This document shows positions 10,401 to 21,400 of a stretch of DNA of 64,000 nt, piece after piece. The translations under genes and the position numbers were made by a program. Source of the stretch: Candidatus Micrarchaeota archaeon (GTDB taxonomy: Archaea > Micrarchaeota > Micrarchaeia > Anstonellales > Bilamarchaeaceae); the NCBI GenBank assembly GCA_023129075.1, contig JAGMCT010000013.1, positions 42,538-106,537 on the forward strand, given 5' to 3'. The notes beneath the pieces are model-generated. The model saw only the letters and a list, made by a program, of their open reading frames with translations. It did no database searches and was not told where the DNA came from. Position 1 is the first letter of the stretch. Each line of letters opens with the position of its first letter.

Positions 10401-13400
10401 CTCCAAGAATGGAGCTTCCTGTAAGGGTTTGGATTCCTGTGAAATTATTATTCCAGCATGATTCAAGGTATATGGAAGCATAAAGGTTTTCTTCTGAAGT
10501 GATATCTCCTAAGAATTTATTGCTTCCTGAGTAATTAAGGAAAAGAGCAAAAACATTCTGTGATGCACTAAGCTTAAGGTTCTCAAACTTATTTGAGCTT
10601 GAGGAGTTCATGTAAACTCCATAGGTAGCTCCAATGGAAGTTATATTTGCTTCTGAGAAATTATTGCTGTTTGAACTCTGGAAATACAGAGCTTCCTCTC
10701 CATTGCCTGAGAGGTTTATACCTCCTGAGAACAGGTTTGATGAGGAAGTATCGAAGTAAATTCCTGTAACAGTATTCAAGTGGGAGATAACAGGCAGATT
10801 GAAAACATTGGAATGAGAAGTATCCATGTAGATTCCGGATTGGGAATTGCTTTTTGTATCTATTGAACCATCCAAGAATCTATTTGAGCTTGAGGATTCC
10901 ATATAAATACCATAAGTTGCGCCATTAGATTCAATCTCCGCATCATCAAAGAGGTTATAATGAGAATTATCAAAATATAAATTCGCATATGTATTATCTG
11001 AAAAACTCACCTCTCCGGAAAAATTATTATTACCTGAGGAATCAAGATAAAGACCGGCCAGAGAATTATCAGATGCATCCAGCTCTCCCCCATCAAAAAC
11101 ATTATTGTTTGAACTATTCAGCAAAATTCCTATATTGCCGTTTGAAGAATTTATTGTTCCGTTGAAAAGATTATAAGTTGATGTATCAAGGTATATGCCT
11201 GCTTCTGTATTGATATCAGCTTCCAGTTCAAATTCTGTAAAGCGATTGTAATCCGCCTGCTCTAGATATACTGCATAATCTGAACCTGAGCTTGAGATAT
11301 TTGCTCCTGTGAAATTATTATAATCAGATATGAGTAGATAAAGTCCAGATATGCCGTTGCCGGAAACATTAATGTCTCCAGAAAAAACATTGTAATCTGA
11401 GAATTCAAGATAAACACCAATCTGGATATTATCTGATGAATTCATTGTTCCGTTGAAGAGATTATTATCTGAATTGTTCAGCATTATACCGGCTGTGTTG
11501 GTGTCTCCCTGGAAAAGGAACTCCTTAAATCTATTACTATTTGAGTTTTTTAGATAAACCGCATAAATAGAACCAGAACCTGTGATGTTTGCATCTGTGA
11601 AATTGTTGGAGTCTGCATTCTCAAAATAAAGACCGTAGTTTGTATTTCCTGTGGTTATGAGTTGTCCTTCAAAAGAATTATCTTCTGAATTGAGCATGTA
11701 GAGCCCTGAGTCCGAATTCAGGTAAGGTGCCAAGGTATTGACAAATTTATTGGAATTGGAATTATCAAAGAAAACACCGTGTCTGTTGCTGTATACCTGA
11801 AGTGCGCCTGCTCCAAAATCTCCTATGCTGTTTTCAACATTAAGAAGGTAAAGACCATCAAGGCTATTGGAATAAATCTCACCTGAAATATCTAACTGAG
11901 AATTATTAAGGTTCTCAAAGTAAATGCCTGTTAAGGAGTTGTCATGGATGTCTATTGAAGACAAATCTGCAGACAACTCCAATGGAGTTGGATAGCCCAC
12001 AACATATATTCCATGTTGATTATGGTCTATTTCTGTATTTAAAAGATTAAGCGATGCATGAGGGTTCGCAAGAAGATAAATACCATCAAGGGCATTACTC
12101 TGTATCTGAGAGGAATCCGCTGATATGTTGGACCCGTCCAAATAAACCCCATATAGTTGGTTGTTGCTAATATCCGAAGGACCATTAAGATAAATATAAC
12201 TTGAAGTAGCGTTTATACCGCTTTCCTTGTTGTTTTGCGAGGTAAGAGAAGAGCCTGCTTCAAAGGTTACGGGGCCCGCACCACTCCCTTGGTAACCAAC
12301 TAATAACCCACCCCTATCATTTAAATTAGTAGTAACCGCATTCGAAAAAGAGGAAGGTATTGGACCGTTAAGCCATATGCCGAATCCCTTATTTTGATTG
12401 GTGATTATTGAACCCAAAGAAGTTATTTTATAAGCTACTATACCAGCGCACGGCGACCAAATTGGTCGACAGAAATCACCTACATCCAAATTGTTTCCAT
12501 TTGCCGTTATAGAAGAACCTGCACCAACAAGAAGACTACCATCAGTGTAAATTCCGTTTCGAGCATTCCCGCTTGCTATGGTAGTACCGTAAAACTCTCC
12601 GCCACCATCGCCAAGAGTAAAAGAACTTAAAGAAATGCCTTGCTGAGAGTTATCTTCAACGGTGACACCACTGTTGAATACTGCATAGTAAGCGTGTATG
12701 CCATTCAAAAGGTTCCTGCTCGCCCCGACATGACCGTTGAAGGTTGCCGTGTCGTATATTGATATTCCATGGCCGCCGACATTATCGTTTGCACTCACGG
12801 TATTGCCAAAAGTCGCATTACCGTCTACAGATATGCCTGCATAGCTCGACCCGCTTATGCCGTTACCGTTTGCTGAGACTGGACCAGCAAAAGACACATC
12901 GGCATCTCCACAACCCCCCGAGGGTCCAATCAATTGCAATCCAGATTGCCTGTTGCTGTTCGCGGTAACAACTCCCGAAAGTGAAATGGAAGAGCCCCTC
13001 ATTTTAATACCATCTGCAAAATTCCCATTGGCAGTAACGCCACTAAGGGAGTGTGTAGTTCCATAAGCCTCCATACCATATAAACCATTACCCGAAGCAG
13101 TTACACTGCCAGTGATGGTTATGTCCAATCCAGCATACAAACCACTATCCCCGTTACCCGAAGCCTCGATGGAACCAGCTTGGAGGCTTCCGCTTGTAGA
13201 TGTTCCAGCTCCAACATTGCCATTTGTGGTAATAGAATCAGCTACAATGTTTCCAAACGAAATACTTAAACCACTCAATCCATTACCCGAAGCCTCAATG
13301 GAATTAGCTTGGAGGCTTCCAGCAGAAGTCATTATTCCCCGTCCACCATTACTATTTGCGGTAATGGAAGTGGCTGAAACATCTCCAGTCCCAACAAGTA

Positions 13401-16400
13401 TACCCGTACCTCCATTACCCGAAACATCGATTGAAGTGGCTGTAATATCTCCAGTCCCAACATTTATACCATAACCTCCATTACCCGAAGCATCAATGGA
13501 AAGGGCTGTAATATCTCCAGTCCAAACAAGTATACCATGTGCTCCATTACCCGAAGCATCGATGGAAGAGGCGCTGATTCCATTCTTTGCCCAGATCCCA
13601 TCCCCTGTACCACCAGTTGCGGAGTAGCTATCGCCACCAAGAAACACTTCGGACCGGATTCCATAGGTGCAACCACAACCTCCAAGAGATATCCCACTAG
13701 GGGGAGTGGAACTCCCATCTATGTAAACGCATGCGTCATACACACAAGCCTCTCCGCTGCCACCAACCGCGGTAATGCCCAAATCATTGTCAACTGAAGG
13801 GTCAAGGACTAGTGCGGTACCGCTGAAATTGTATACTATAAAATTGGGCGCAGTATTTCCGTTGGAATTATCAAAGAAAACACCATTTTTTGTATAATTT
13901 ATTGATACGTTATAAATAGTGTTGTTATCAGTATAATCAAAATAAAAGCCCGTATCGGTTGTATTGAAAATTGAAATATTCTCAATAGTGTTATTACCTC
14001 CTTCTTCAATTACAATTCCTTCATCTCCTGAAAGATAGAATGTTCCGTTCCATACAGAACTGTTGTAAGTACTCAAAAGATAAACATGGGTAGCAATGTG
14101 GTCTGCAGAAAAGATATTGCTTGTGCCTGAGGTATTGGAGGATGAAAGGTTGTACATTGAAACATTAAAGCAATTATTCTGAACAAAATTATGTGTGTTG
14201 GATGAGGAAGAAGTATTGAAGATTGACGAGTTTTCCATTGAATCAAAATAGATTCCAAGGGTGTAATTTTCTATTATACAATTTCTTACTGTAATATTAT
14301 GAAGATTATCTGCATATATCCCTATAGTTATACCTGATTCGGTTCCCTGAATTGAAAACCCATTGCAGTCAAGAACTGTGTTATTTGAGATTATGGAAAG
14401 GCAAGCTCCGGTTGTTAGGTTGCCCACTACATTCCCAGTTAACAGGGTGTCACCGCTAATCTGCCTGCAGATACCTGCTTCGCTTGCTGCATAACCAGAG
14501 AAATCCTCAACCTGGAAGGTTGTCTCTTCTCCGACACAAGAAGAATATGCTGGAGTAAATGAAAGACTATTGGAAAGAATTGCCTCTCTGGAAACAGGAA
14601 AACCGGACTTTTCTAGATAAAGTGTATTAGTGCATGTTGGCGTCCAGAGTGTAAGGTTTGCAGGTGCATTCATGGCTGAGGGTATTCCGGCGCTTGAGGT
14701 GTCCAGGGAAGTGAAATTCCATCCAAGCAAAAGGTTTGAACTCGTAATATCGGGGTCATCACCTGAATCAGTAAGGGATAAAGAAGGATAATTAAGAAGA
14801 CCTATTGTTTCATTGTAACCAAGCGTAAGATTTGTAAAGATGTTGTTTGTTGATGAATCAGTTAAGAGAATATATTTAGTCTGATTGTATTGGAACATAT
14901 TCCTAATCTCCATGCTGATAAAACTGGAAGAATTGAAACCATACGAAGTTGTATTGAAGATAGTTATGTCTTCCAACTCAACATTATTTCCCCATCTAAA
15001 AACAAACCCATAACCTGCCGTATCTATTGTAACATTCTTTATCAGGTAATCCACTGCACCTTCAAGGTAGAATGCATGACCTGAAGTGCTGGAAATGGAG
15101 ATATTCTCAATAGTGTTATTCCCTCCCCCTTCAATAACGATTCCTTCATCTCCAGAAAGATAGAATATGGAGTTCTCAACAGAACTGTTGTAAGTATCCA
15201 AAAGATAAACATGAGATGCCACATGAACAGAAGAAAAGATATTGCTTGTGCCCGAGGTATTGGAAGAGGAAAGGTTATGCATTGAAACATTAAAGCATTC
15301 ATTCTGCACAAAATTATGTGAGTTGGATGAGGAAGAAGTATTGAAGATTGATGAGTTTTCCATTGAATCAAGATAGATTCCAAGGGTGTAATTCTTTACA
15401 ATGCAGTTTTTCAACCTAATCTGGTCTGAAGAATCCATGAAAATACCTGCGGTTATTGCAGTTAAATCTCCTATAATTGAAGAGCCGTTGCAGTCTATTG
15501 TAATATTCTTTGCATAAGAGATGTTAAGGCAGGAGCCTTCAGAAGTAAAACCTGAAAGGTCTGTTCCCAGGTAATATTCCTTATCAGAACCTGTAATTCC
15601 TCCGCAGAGATTTATTTCTTTTGCATCATAAATGAAACCAATCTGGTCTATTGAAATATCCACAGACTGGGAGGTATTTACATAGCATCTAAATGTATGT
15701 GCAAAATCAGAGGCATTTACAACACTCAGAGCGCTCATGGAAGCAGAAACATCAAAGTTGGGGAGCCAGTCGCTGTAGTTGAAGAATGTCTCCCATTGGT
15801 GTGAAGAGGTGTTCCACCACTGCATCAGGAATGTTGCAGGGATAGTTTCATTTGATTTGAGTTCGCATGTGAAGTTTGCAAAATAAATTTCGTCCAATGG
15901 GCCTCCGGTATTCCAGGTTCCATTTACCCAATAAACCTGTGTATTATTTTTAGCCGCATAAACATCATCTGAAGAAGAAAGGTTTGTGGTTACTGTATTG
16001 TCATCCACATCAAAGGCAATGAAATTGCTTCCTTCCATGTAACCTGGGTCTGTAGCTGAAAGGTTGATGGTGTATTCATGTCCTGGGAGTGTTGGAAATA
16101 AGTATTTCCATTCTCCTGTGCATTCCTGTGCATCATAATCCCAATCCTTGCATTTGAAAAGGAAGTATCCTTTGGCTATTACTGTTACTTCAGCAGAATC
16201 TATATTTTTGGGGTTAATGGAGAATGCCTGGAGAGGGTCTTCTTCAGGGGCATTTGAAAAATTCTTGTCAAGCATCTGGAATTCCAATTGGGAATCCTTT
16301 GTAATGTTGTGTATTTTTACCTCGGTTATTGGGCTGTTCTGGATAACTATTGTTCCTTCTGTTCCCTGCTTTTCAAAAGAGTATTCTATCTTTCCTTCTG

Positions 16401-16704
16401 TCTGGACTGGGTTATACTGAGAAAGGTCAAGGTAGGTTATTATGTCTTCTTCATCGTAATATCGCTGTAATTGAAACAGGGCCCATTTTCCTTTTTTGTA
16501 TTCTGTGAAGTTTGCTTCTATTGGGGTTATGGTGTCTCCTATCCTTACTGCAAGAAGAACATCAGAAAAATCAGGGGAGAATTCCTCTTCATAAGAGATG
16601 TTTATGAAGAATTGGGGCTGTTCAGGTGTGATTTCTGGAATACCTGAAGTGGTAAGAAGCAGTATTAACAAGATGGCAATGCCTGGTGCAACTAATCTTT
16701 CCAT
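7498..16704 (-). CDS. Giant membrane-anchored surface protein with many right-handed beta-helix (NosD/PbH1-like) repeats
   Basis: Signal peptide from MERLV (16704), long arrays of GIYL..S..N repeats, a Pro-rich linker, three Ig/carboxypeptidase-regulatory-like domains, a C-terminal TM helix and a poly-Lys tail. Confidence 0.88.
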   Translation of the reverse strand: MERLVAPGIAILLILLLTTSGIPEITPEQPQFFINISYEEEFSPDFSDVLLAVRIGDTITPIEANFTEYKKGKWALFQLQRYYDEEDIITYLDLSQYNPVQTEGKIEYSFEKQGTEGTIVIQNSPITEVKIHNITKDSQLEFQMLDKNFSNAPEEDPLQAFSINPKNIDSAEVTVIAKGYFLFKCKDWDYDAQECTGEWKYLFPTLPGHEYTINLSATDPGYMEGSNFIAFDVDDNTVTTNLSSSDDVYAAKNNTQVYWVNGTWNTGGPLDEIYFANFTCELKSNETIPATFLMQWWNTSSHQWETFFNYSDWLPNFDVSASMSALSVVNASDFAHTFRCYVNTSQSVDISIDQIGFIYDAKEINLCGGITGSDKEYYLGTDLSGFTSEGSCLNISYAKNITIDCNGSSIIGDLTAITAGIFMDSSDQIRLKNCIVKNYTLGIYLDSMENSSIFNTSSSSNSHNFVQNECFNVSMHNLSSSNTSGTSNIFSSVHVASHVYLLDTYNSSVENSIFYLSGDEGIVIEGGGNNTIENISISSTSGHAFYLEGAVDYLIKNVTIDTAGYGFVFRWGNNVELEDITIFNTTSYGFNSSSFISMEIRNMFQYNQTKYILLTDSSTNNIFTNLTLGYNETIGLLNYPSLSLTDSGDDPDITSSNLLLGWNFTSLDTSSAGIPSAMNAPANLTLWTPTCTNTLYLEKSGFPVSREAILSNSLSFTPAYSSCVGEETTFQVEDFSGYAASEAGICRQISGDTLLTGNVVGNLTTGACLSIISNNTVLDCNGFSIQGTESGITIGIYADNLHNITVRNCIIENYTLGIYFDSMENSSIFNTSSSSNTHNFVQNNCFNVSMYNLSSSNTSGTSNIFSADHIATHVYLLSTYNSSVWNGTFYLSGDEGIVIEEGGNNTIENISIFNTTDTGFYFDYTDNNTIYNVSINYTKNGVFFDNSNGNTAPNFIVYNFSGTALVLDPSVDNDLGITAVGGSGEACVYDACVYIDGSSTPPSGISLGGCGCTYGIRSEVFLGGDSYSATGGTGDGIWAKNGISASSIDASGNGAHGILVWTGDITALSIDASGNGGYGINVGTGDITATSIDVSGNGGTGILVGTGDVSATSITANSNGGRGIMTSAGSLQANSIEASGNGLSGLSISFGNIVADSITTNGNVGAGTSTSGSLQAGSIEASGNGDSGLYAGLDITITGSVTASGNGLYGMEAYGTTHSLSGVTANGNFADGIKMRGSSISLSGVVTANSNRQSGLQLIGPSGGCGDADVSFAGPVSANGNGISGSSYAGISVDGNATFGNTVSANDNVGGHGISIYDTATFNGHVGASRNLLNGIHAYYAVFNSGVTVEDNSQQGISLSSFTLGDGGGEFYGTTIASGNARNGIYTDGSLLVGAGSSITANGNNLDVGDFCRPIWSPCAGIVAYKITSLGSIITNQNKGFGIWLNGPIPSSFSNAVTTNLNDRGGLLVGYQGSGAGPVTFEAGSSLTSQNNKESGINATSSYIYLNGPSDISNNQLYGVYLDGSNISADSSQIQSNALDGIYLLANPHASLNLLNTEIDHNQHGIYVVGYPTPLELSADLSSIDIHDNSLTGIYFENLNNSQLDISGEIYSNSLDGLYLLNVENSIGDFGAGALQVYSNRHGVFFDNSNSNKFVNTLAPYLNSDSGLYMLNSEDNSFEGQLITTGNTNYGLYFENADSNNFTDANITGSGSIYAVYLKNSNSNRFKEFLFQGDTNTAGIMLNNSDNNLFNGTMNSSDNIQIGVYLEFSDYNVFSGDINVSGNGISGLYLLISDYNNFTGANISSSGSDYAVYLEQADYNRFTEFELEADINTEAGIYLDTSTYNLFNGTINSSNGNIGILLNSSNNNVFDGGELDASDNSLAGLYLDSSGNNNFSGEVSFSDNTYANLYFDNSHYNLFDDAEIESNGATYGIYMESSSSNRFLDGSIDTKSNSQSGIYMDTSHSNVFNLPVISHLNTVTGIYFDTSSSNLFSGGINLSGNGEEALYFQSSNSNNFSEANITSIGATYGVYMNSSSSNKFENLKLSASQNVFALFLNYSGSNKFLGDITSEENLYASIYLESCWNNNFTGIQTLTGSSILGELWFISSGGNNFSGLNITGNNTQHTVYLSVSPDNVLLGNISTRDHDVTGVMIEDSNNCVLAGNITSNNSYSGVILYNSDNAFLSGLDLNNNTYGLLLNESSEGEIQNSYARENLLFDLYVELGVISDCDHIITNMVGSGNRPIIYYNDSSVFAGGEVSELLLCDADDAEIYNANVSGSDILNNNGILLINTDDAVVAYTNSSDNYAGLVVIGSNDNIFGGMELHRNNYSVLLAGSDENILINLTISNTTTDIDPPEGIYPGIYLDDSNWNELINISVYNTSHGIVFDGTSEENTINTSEIYENEYGILFNANEDNYLLGSDIHSNDLGIMVNSVDGFFITYLTDVHDNNQAGIVFAGEDAGGGIYLSNIVDNGIANVYFMATDAHSEMIYCNISGAPYGIVLNHTTNWIVVNYTSINATEHSIWLQDNTSLFALINSTVYSGSTEPIIYFAEGSLEGPTLMPHTNIFYDSTVYSPQGDIIFFENTSTDVNYFANFAVCYNESTGCVMWEDAQVNYTNLSLNKNIYLDPGFVSLNDSDGNATQFNNSAYITLDSPMAPCDAGNIEVKKKDGYPSTRLDIITNGINYASASISCPSTETVRFSVNAFSGYAVDVGVPPVPPAPPGGGADNLILTVTPTTAKFGTDVLMQITGAASCINNAEITVRDPDWISQTFSTTNGKLIYAPPKLGDYRATGKAPGCKTDSENFEVVEGFLDLIVYPASIEKGQSIQLYVLDENKDYLSNATITIVWPSGAGFSNAVLTSTDINLTFTPPDLGTYTATATKQNYEPDDENFIVVQPTAGPGEGGEEEKEPPEMERPGLKVEPDRKEAEVEEVLILTVISMEDGSLLSGAKVYATCAEEERFLGYTNDIGQINFTPWIEGTCILRAEKAGFVPDEDEVNIIKKAVEIPREEPEETLEQKATAIITQWGWLLLLLLLLAVLIYIYKTKQKKGKKGKKRRTKKLKSKKK

Positions 16705-16809
16705 AATGGATAACCCCTTCACATAAATTAGCTGTATAGAAGTGTTTAAAAAGGTGTACTCTGAGTGTGTTTGGAAATGTTTAAATAGTAATATGTAGTA
16801 ATATGGTGT

Positions 16810-17700
16810 ATGCAAAAGGCAAAAAAAGGGAAAAATACTGGAAAAATAGGAAAAATAAAACAAAAAGCAAAGAATATTGCCAAGGAGTTCGGAAAGCATA
16901 TTATAGTTGCAGCATTAGTAGTTGCTACCGGCGGTTCGGTTTCTGGATGCGGAAATAGTTATGATGAAAAACCCAAGGAGAAAAAAGAGGTAATCTGCTC
17001 AACAGAAATTGAGGAATTAAACCAGAGCAGAATCAAAAGTATGGAATTGGATGATAATGTAGAGGGAAGGGAATATTTTGTACAGAGGATTGAAAAGGAG
17101 GTCTGCACTGATGGAGAAAACGAATGGGTGGAGAGTGAAAAACATAGTTTTGAACCTTCTTTAAGTGCAAGCGGTGACTGGCTGGTGGATATTGAATTTG
17201 AATTTATGGGAGAAGAAAGGAGTGTAAGTGATATTTTTATTGATGAAAATGAAAAAAAGGTTGTGTTACAGTTAACGGATGTGGAGTCAAAGCAATTCCT
17301 GGAAAAGGAAGAAACAGAAGCATTCATAACTGAAGAAGGGCAGTATAATATAGAGGTAATTAAGCTCGGAGAGACAGAAATAAAAGCAGGAGTAACGAAT
17401 CATGAGACAGAGGAAAGCATAATCCAGATCCTGCCGGTTGGAAATATCTCATTCAGTATGGAAGGGTTGTATATTCTTTTGTATGATGTGGGGAAGGTAA
17501 AGGGTGCAAGAGGAATAAACACAGTTGCATGGGTGGGGTGTGCAAGTGAAAGTTTTTATCTGTGGAACGGACATAATACAGAAATAGAATTTAACCAAGA
17601 AAAATTCCATGTGAGTACAACAATTGATGCAGATATGAAAGAGGATGGAAGGATAATAATAAATGGAATTGAAATAAAAAGAATAGAAATAGAAAATTAG
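16810..17700 (+). CDS. Putative acidic lipoprotein
   Basis: Lys-rich N-terminus, hydrophobic stretch, SVSGC lipobox-like site and a Glu-rich mature part. Confidence 0.65.
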   Translation: MQKAKKGKNTGKIGKIKQKAKNIAKEFGKHIIVAALVVATGGSVSGCGNSYDEKPKEKKEVICSTEIEELNQSRIKSMELDDNVEGREYFVQRIEKEVCTDGENEWVESEKHSFEPSLSASGDWLVDIEFEFMGEERSVSDIFIDENEKKVVLQLTDVESKQFLEKEETEAFITEEGQYNIEVIKLGETEIKAGVTNHETEESIIQILPVGNISFSMEGLYILLYDVGKVKGARGINTVAWVGCASESFYLWNGHNTEIEFNQEKFHVSTTIDADMKEDGRIIINGIEIKRIEIEN

Positions 17701-17703
17701 AAA

Positions 17704-19896
17704 TTAGGAATCCCTAAAGAATTCCGAATTGGGCGGGTCAGGCCTCATTCCTTTTCTTTTTCTGACATCGCCGACTACTTCAGAAACAAGGTCTCTGGGA
17801 ACATTTGCATAACCTGCATATTCCTGGTACCAGATAGAACGGCCCTGTGTTACTCCTCTTAATGCATTTGAGAATCCAAACATCTCAGCAACAGGAACAA
17901 CTGTAGTCATGGAGGCGGTTTCTCCCTCCTGCTCCATTCCTGCAAGCTGGCCTCTTCTTCCATTCGTCATGTTTATTACATCTCCTGAATATTCCTGCGG
18001 GCACTGGATAAGTATTTTCTGTCTTGGCTCCATCAGGGTGATACCTGCATCAAGTATGCATGCATAAATCGGCCTTGTAACTGCAGGAAGAACCTGTGCA
18101 GGACCTCTGTGAACATTATCTTCATGCAGGGCAGCATCCTCAAGAACAACCTTTACACCAATCACCTTTTCACCTGCAAGGGGTCCTCTTTTCATTGCAT
18201 CCTCAAAACCCTGTATGAATAACTCCTGTATTTCATTAAGATACTGAACTCCCTTTGTCCTGTTGACAAGCAGATTCTTGTTGTAGATATCCCATACTCC
18301 TTTTGCCTCATCCCTGCTCATGCCTGCTTCTATGAGTTTATTAACATATTCCTTTCCTTTTGGCTTCCCATCGGAAATAGCACCTTCTATCATAGCTTTC
18401 ACTACGCTATCTTCCAGAGGTTCAACATGTATCTTAAAGCGGTTGTGCTTATTTGGTGATTTGCCTTCAATCGTTTGGGACCTTCCTGTTATTGTTTCAT
18501 TGTAAACCACTATTGGAGGGGAGGTAATGATGTCTATTTTCTTTTCATTCTGAATCTTGTATTCAATAATTTCAAGGTGGAGCTCGCCCATGCCGGAGAT
18601 AAGATGCTCTCCTGTTTCCTGGTTAATCTCAACCCTGAGGGTTGGGTCCTCTTTGGAAAGACCGCGCAAAGCATCAATAAGTTTTGCAAGGTTCTTGGAT
18701 TCCTTCGCCTCTATGGATTTTGTAACCACTGGTTCTGAGTAATGCGTAATCTGCTCAAAGGGCTCCACTTCGCCGGAGCTTACGGTTTCTCCAATGTAGA
18801 TATCCTTAATGCCAACAATAGCACCGATGTTTCCTGCACTTATGGCTTCTGCAGAAATGCGGTCAGGGCCCATGTAAATGCCAACCTGCTGAACCTTGTA
18901 GCTGGTTTTCTTTGAAGCAAGGTAAATCATATCTCCTTTTTTTACTGAACCAGAGAAAAGTCTTACAACCCCTACTTCTCCTGCGTGCTCATCGTAAACA
19001 ACACCAAAGCAGATGCCGATTGTTTTTCCGGATATATTGCACTCAAGCATGTCCTTTCCATCCTGAGAGTCCATCTCGCCTTTCCAGAGCACAGGAATTC
19101 GGTATTTCTGTGCAAATCCAGGATTAGGAAGATGTTTTATAACCATCTCAAGCAGAACCTCATCAACAGGACATTTCTCAACAAGAAAGGAGTGCTCCCC
19201 TGCAAAACATTTATCATAAATATCTTTAAATGAAAGTCCTGAAGTTTTCATTGCTGAACCGCTCATAGCCCATTTATTAAAGGCAGACCCGAAAGCAACA
19301 TTTCCTTTTTCTACTGAAATCTGCCAGTCTTTTTTGTGTTCAGGCGGGGCATTTGCTTCAATAATTTTATTTAACCCTACAATCACCTTTATGAGTTTCT
19401 GCTGCATTCCCTGTGCATCCAGCTTAAGCTCATTTATCAGGCGGTCAAGCTTGTTAACGAAAACAATTGGCTGAGCTCTTTCCTTAAGGGCCTGTCTTAG
19501 TACTGTTTCAGTTTGCGGCATTATTCCCTCAACAGCATCAACTACAAGAACAACACCGTCTACGGCTCTAAGGGCCCTTGTAACATGGCCTCCAAAATCA
19601 ACATGGCCTGGGGTATCAATAAGATTGATAAGGTAGTTCTTTCCTTCATATGGGAAACCAAGAGAGATATTTGCAGATTTAATTGTGATGCCCCTTGCCT
19701 GCTCCTGCTCATCATAATCCATTACACGCTGTTCACCTGCAAGCTCCTTTGAAATGAGGCCTGCTCGTGCAACCATGGAATCTGTTAATGTGGTTTTTCC
19801 ATGGTCAACGTGGGCAATAATAGCAATATTTCTTACGGTTTCAATATTATCCATTATCTTTTGTATCTCTCCAACAACAAATTCTTTTCTCGCCAT
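17704..19896 (-). CDS. fusA: Translation elongation factor EF-2
   Basis: AHVDHGKTT, RGITI, DTPGHVDF, NKLD and the HRGPAQ diphthamide loop. Confidence 0.98.
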   Translation of the reverse strand: MARKEFVVGEIQKIMDNIETVRNIAIIAHVDHGKTTLTDSMVARAGLISKELAGEQRVMDYDEQEQARGITIKSANISLGFPYEGKNYLINLIDTPGHVDFGGHVTRALRAVDGVVLVVDAVEGIMPQTETVLRQALKERAQPIVFVNKLDRLINELKLDAQGMQQKLIKVIVGLNKIIEANAPPEHKKDWQISVEKGNVAFGSAFNKWAMSGSAMKTSGLSFKDIYDKCFAGEHSFLVEKCPVDEVLLEMVIKHLPNPGFAQKYRIPVLWKGEMDSQDGKDMLECNISGKTIGICFGVVYDEHAGEVGVVRLFSGSVKKGDMIYLASKKTSYKVQQVGIYMGPDRISAEAISAGNIGAIVGIKDIYIGETVSSGEVEPFEQITHYSEPVVTKSIEAKESKNLAKLIDALRGLSKEDPTLRVEINQETGEHLISGMGELHLEIIEYKIQNEKKIDIITSPPIVVYNETITGRSQTIEGKSPNKHNRFKIHVEPLEDSVVKAMIEGAISDGKPKGKEYVNKLIEAGMSRDEAKGVWDIYNKNLLVNRTKGVQYLNEIQELFIQGFEDAMKRGPLAGEKVIGVKVVLEDAALHEDNVHRGPAQVLPAVTRPIYACILDAGITLMEPRQKILIQCPQEYSGDVINMTNGRRGQLAGMEQEGETASMTTVVPVAEMFGFSNALRGVTQGRSIWYQEYAGYANVPRDLVSEVVGDVRKRKGMRPDPPNSEFFRDS

Positions 19897-19917
19897 GCTT
19901 TCACCAAAAAAAAGTCT

Positions 19918-20523
19918 TTATCTTGCGCTCCTTGCCATCCTCTCCATCTCATTCATCTTCTTTATCGCATAAGAGTTTTGAACATCATTACCTGCAGTGA
20001 ACATTATTTCATCGGCAAGGGCCTTTCCAAGAGAGGTGTCCTTGTTAAAGGTTCTCATGAGTGCTGAAAGGGTAATGTTCTTAAGTGCTAAATCCAGTCT
20101 TCTGGAAGCTGATGAGTCAACAGCAATCTGATAGCTTACTCCACCGTGAGAAACCCTTGTAACCTCTTCTCTTGGTGCAGAATTCTCAAGCGCCTCAACA
20201 AGCACCTGAATAGGATTCTTTTTTGTTTTCTGCTCTATTATTCCGAATGCTTCCTTTACAACGGTTATGATGCGGGTTTTCTTTCCCTGCAGTCTTCCGT
20301 TGGTTCTTATTACCTTTCCTGATGTTTTTTTACCTGTTCCACCACGCATTAGTTTGTTTACGAGTCTCTCAACAATATTCACTTTTTCCTTTGCAAGGGG
20401 TTTTTTTGCATGCCTTCCAAAGGAGTGCGGAAGATATATTTCCTGAAGGGAGATTACCTGTTTAAGGCTTTTATCTCTTATCTCAACGCCATCAAAACCA
20501 TACTTTCCAAAAAGTTTAACCAT
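19918..20523 (-). CDS. rps7: 30S ribosomal protein S7 (uS7)
   Basis: NIVERLVNKLMR, NPIQVLVEALENSAPREE and ERMARSAR. Confidence 0.97.
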   Translation of the reverse strand: MVKLFGKYGFDGVEIRDKSLKQVISLQEIYLPHSFGRHAKKPLAKEKVNIVERLVNKLMRGGTGKKTSGKVIRTNGRLQGKKTRIITVVKEAFGIIEQKTKKNPIQVLVEALENSAPREEVTRVSHGGVSYQIAVDSSASRRLDLALKNITLSALMRTFNKDTSLGKALADEIMFTAGNDVQNSYAIKKMNEMERMARSAR

Positions 20524-20528
20524 TCTCT

Positions 20529-20966
20529 CTACCTCTTAGACTTTTCTTTCTTGCCTTTTCTCAGGGACTGGAGAGCAACATCATTCACGAATTCAACTGC
20601 ATATCTTACTCCGGGAATAGAACCAATCTGTCCTCTCTGCGAACCGCCGAGCCCCCTGATTGTTACCTCATCGTGCTCATCTATGAAGGTTATTGCTTTA
20701 TCCCTTGGAGGGAAAGCAGTAACCAATCTGCCGTTCTTTATTAACTGAACCTTTACAACCTTAATAAGACCTGAGTGGGGCTGTTTTTGCTCAAGGGTTG
20801 CCTTTTCCACAACGATTCCTTTTGCCTGGGGAGCACCCTCCATTGCATCATACTTCTCTTTAAGCTTAAGCTTCTTTCTCTTCCATCTTTTGGAGAGCCA
20901 TCGTCCTTTCTTCCTGTTTCTTTTCTTGTTTCTTCCTGCGAATTCTCCGTTTCCTCCTTTGCCCAT
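20529..20966 (-). CDS. rps12: 30S ribosomal protein S12 (uS12)
   Basis: AKGIVVEK...[22 protein letters not shown] and IPGVRY. Confidence 0.97.
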   Translation of the reverse strand: MGKGGNGEFAGRNKKRNRKKGRWLSKRWKRKKLKLKEKYDAMEGAPQAKGIVVEKATLEQKQPHSGLIKVVKVQLIKNGRLVTAFPPRDKAITFIDEHDEVTIRGLGGSQRGQIGSIPGVRYAVEFVNDVALQSLRKGKKEKSKR

Positions 20967-21235
20967 TAAATCACCATAATATTCAACAAATTTGAAGTTT
21001 TAACACTTTAGAGAAGAAGCCTTTAAAAAACTTCCTGAAAGAAAAGACTACTTCTTTTAAGCTGCAGTTAAATTTCAGCAAAAATCCACATTCTTTACAT
21101 TCTAAGGAAAGGAACCATAACGGAAACACCGGAAACGAGGTCTCTCCTTTTGTTTATAAAGCCTTTGAATACTATTTTTTATACTCAAAAGAGCTACCGT
21201 TGGAATGACGGGAAGTAATTCTCCTGTGGAATTGA

Positions 21236-21400
21236 AACAGAAGGTTCAAAGGTAGAAGTTCAAGGTATCTACGCAAGGAGTTTCCAGAGCTCCTAAAGAT
21301 GCCTAAATTATGGACACGCTCATATTTCCTTTCAACTACTGGAAATGTTTCATCTGCAACAATACGAAAATACATAGAAAGGCAATGGGATGAGATATGA
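21236..21400 (+). pseudogene. tnpA: Y1 transposase TnpA, C-terminal fragment only
   Basis: Translates FKGRSSRYLRKEFPELLKMPKLWTRSYFLSTTGNVSSATIRKYIERQ with the catalytic Tyr helix. An in-frame stop lies just upstream and there is no HUH motif or start codon. The stop overlaps the tnpB start (ATGA). Confidence 0.85.

Noticed and set aside
13975-15395. Diversity-generating retroelement TR/VR pair
   Set aside because: Both copies are in-frame coding, differences are not confined to adenines, and no reverse transcriptase is present in the window.
16705-16899. N-terminal 65 aa of the 3,133-aa ORF
   Set aside because: Overlaps the divergent gene and promoter; the signal peptide starts at M66 (16704).
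21220-21238. GTGGAATTGAAAC resembling a CRISPR repeat 3' end
   Set aside because: Single copy, located at the tnpA deletion junction.
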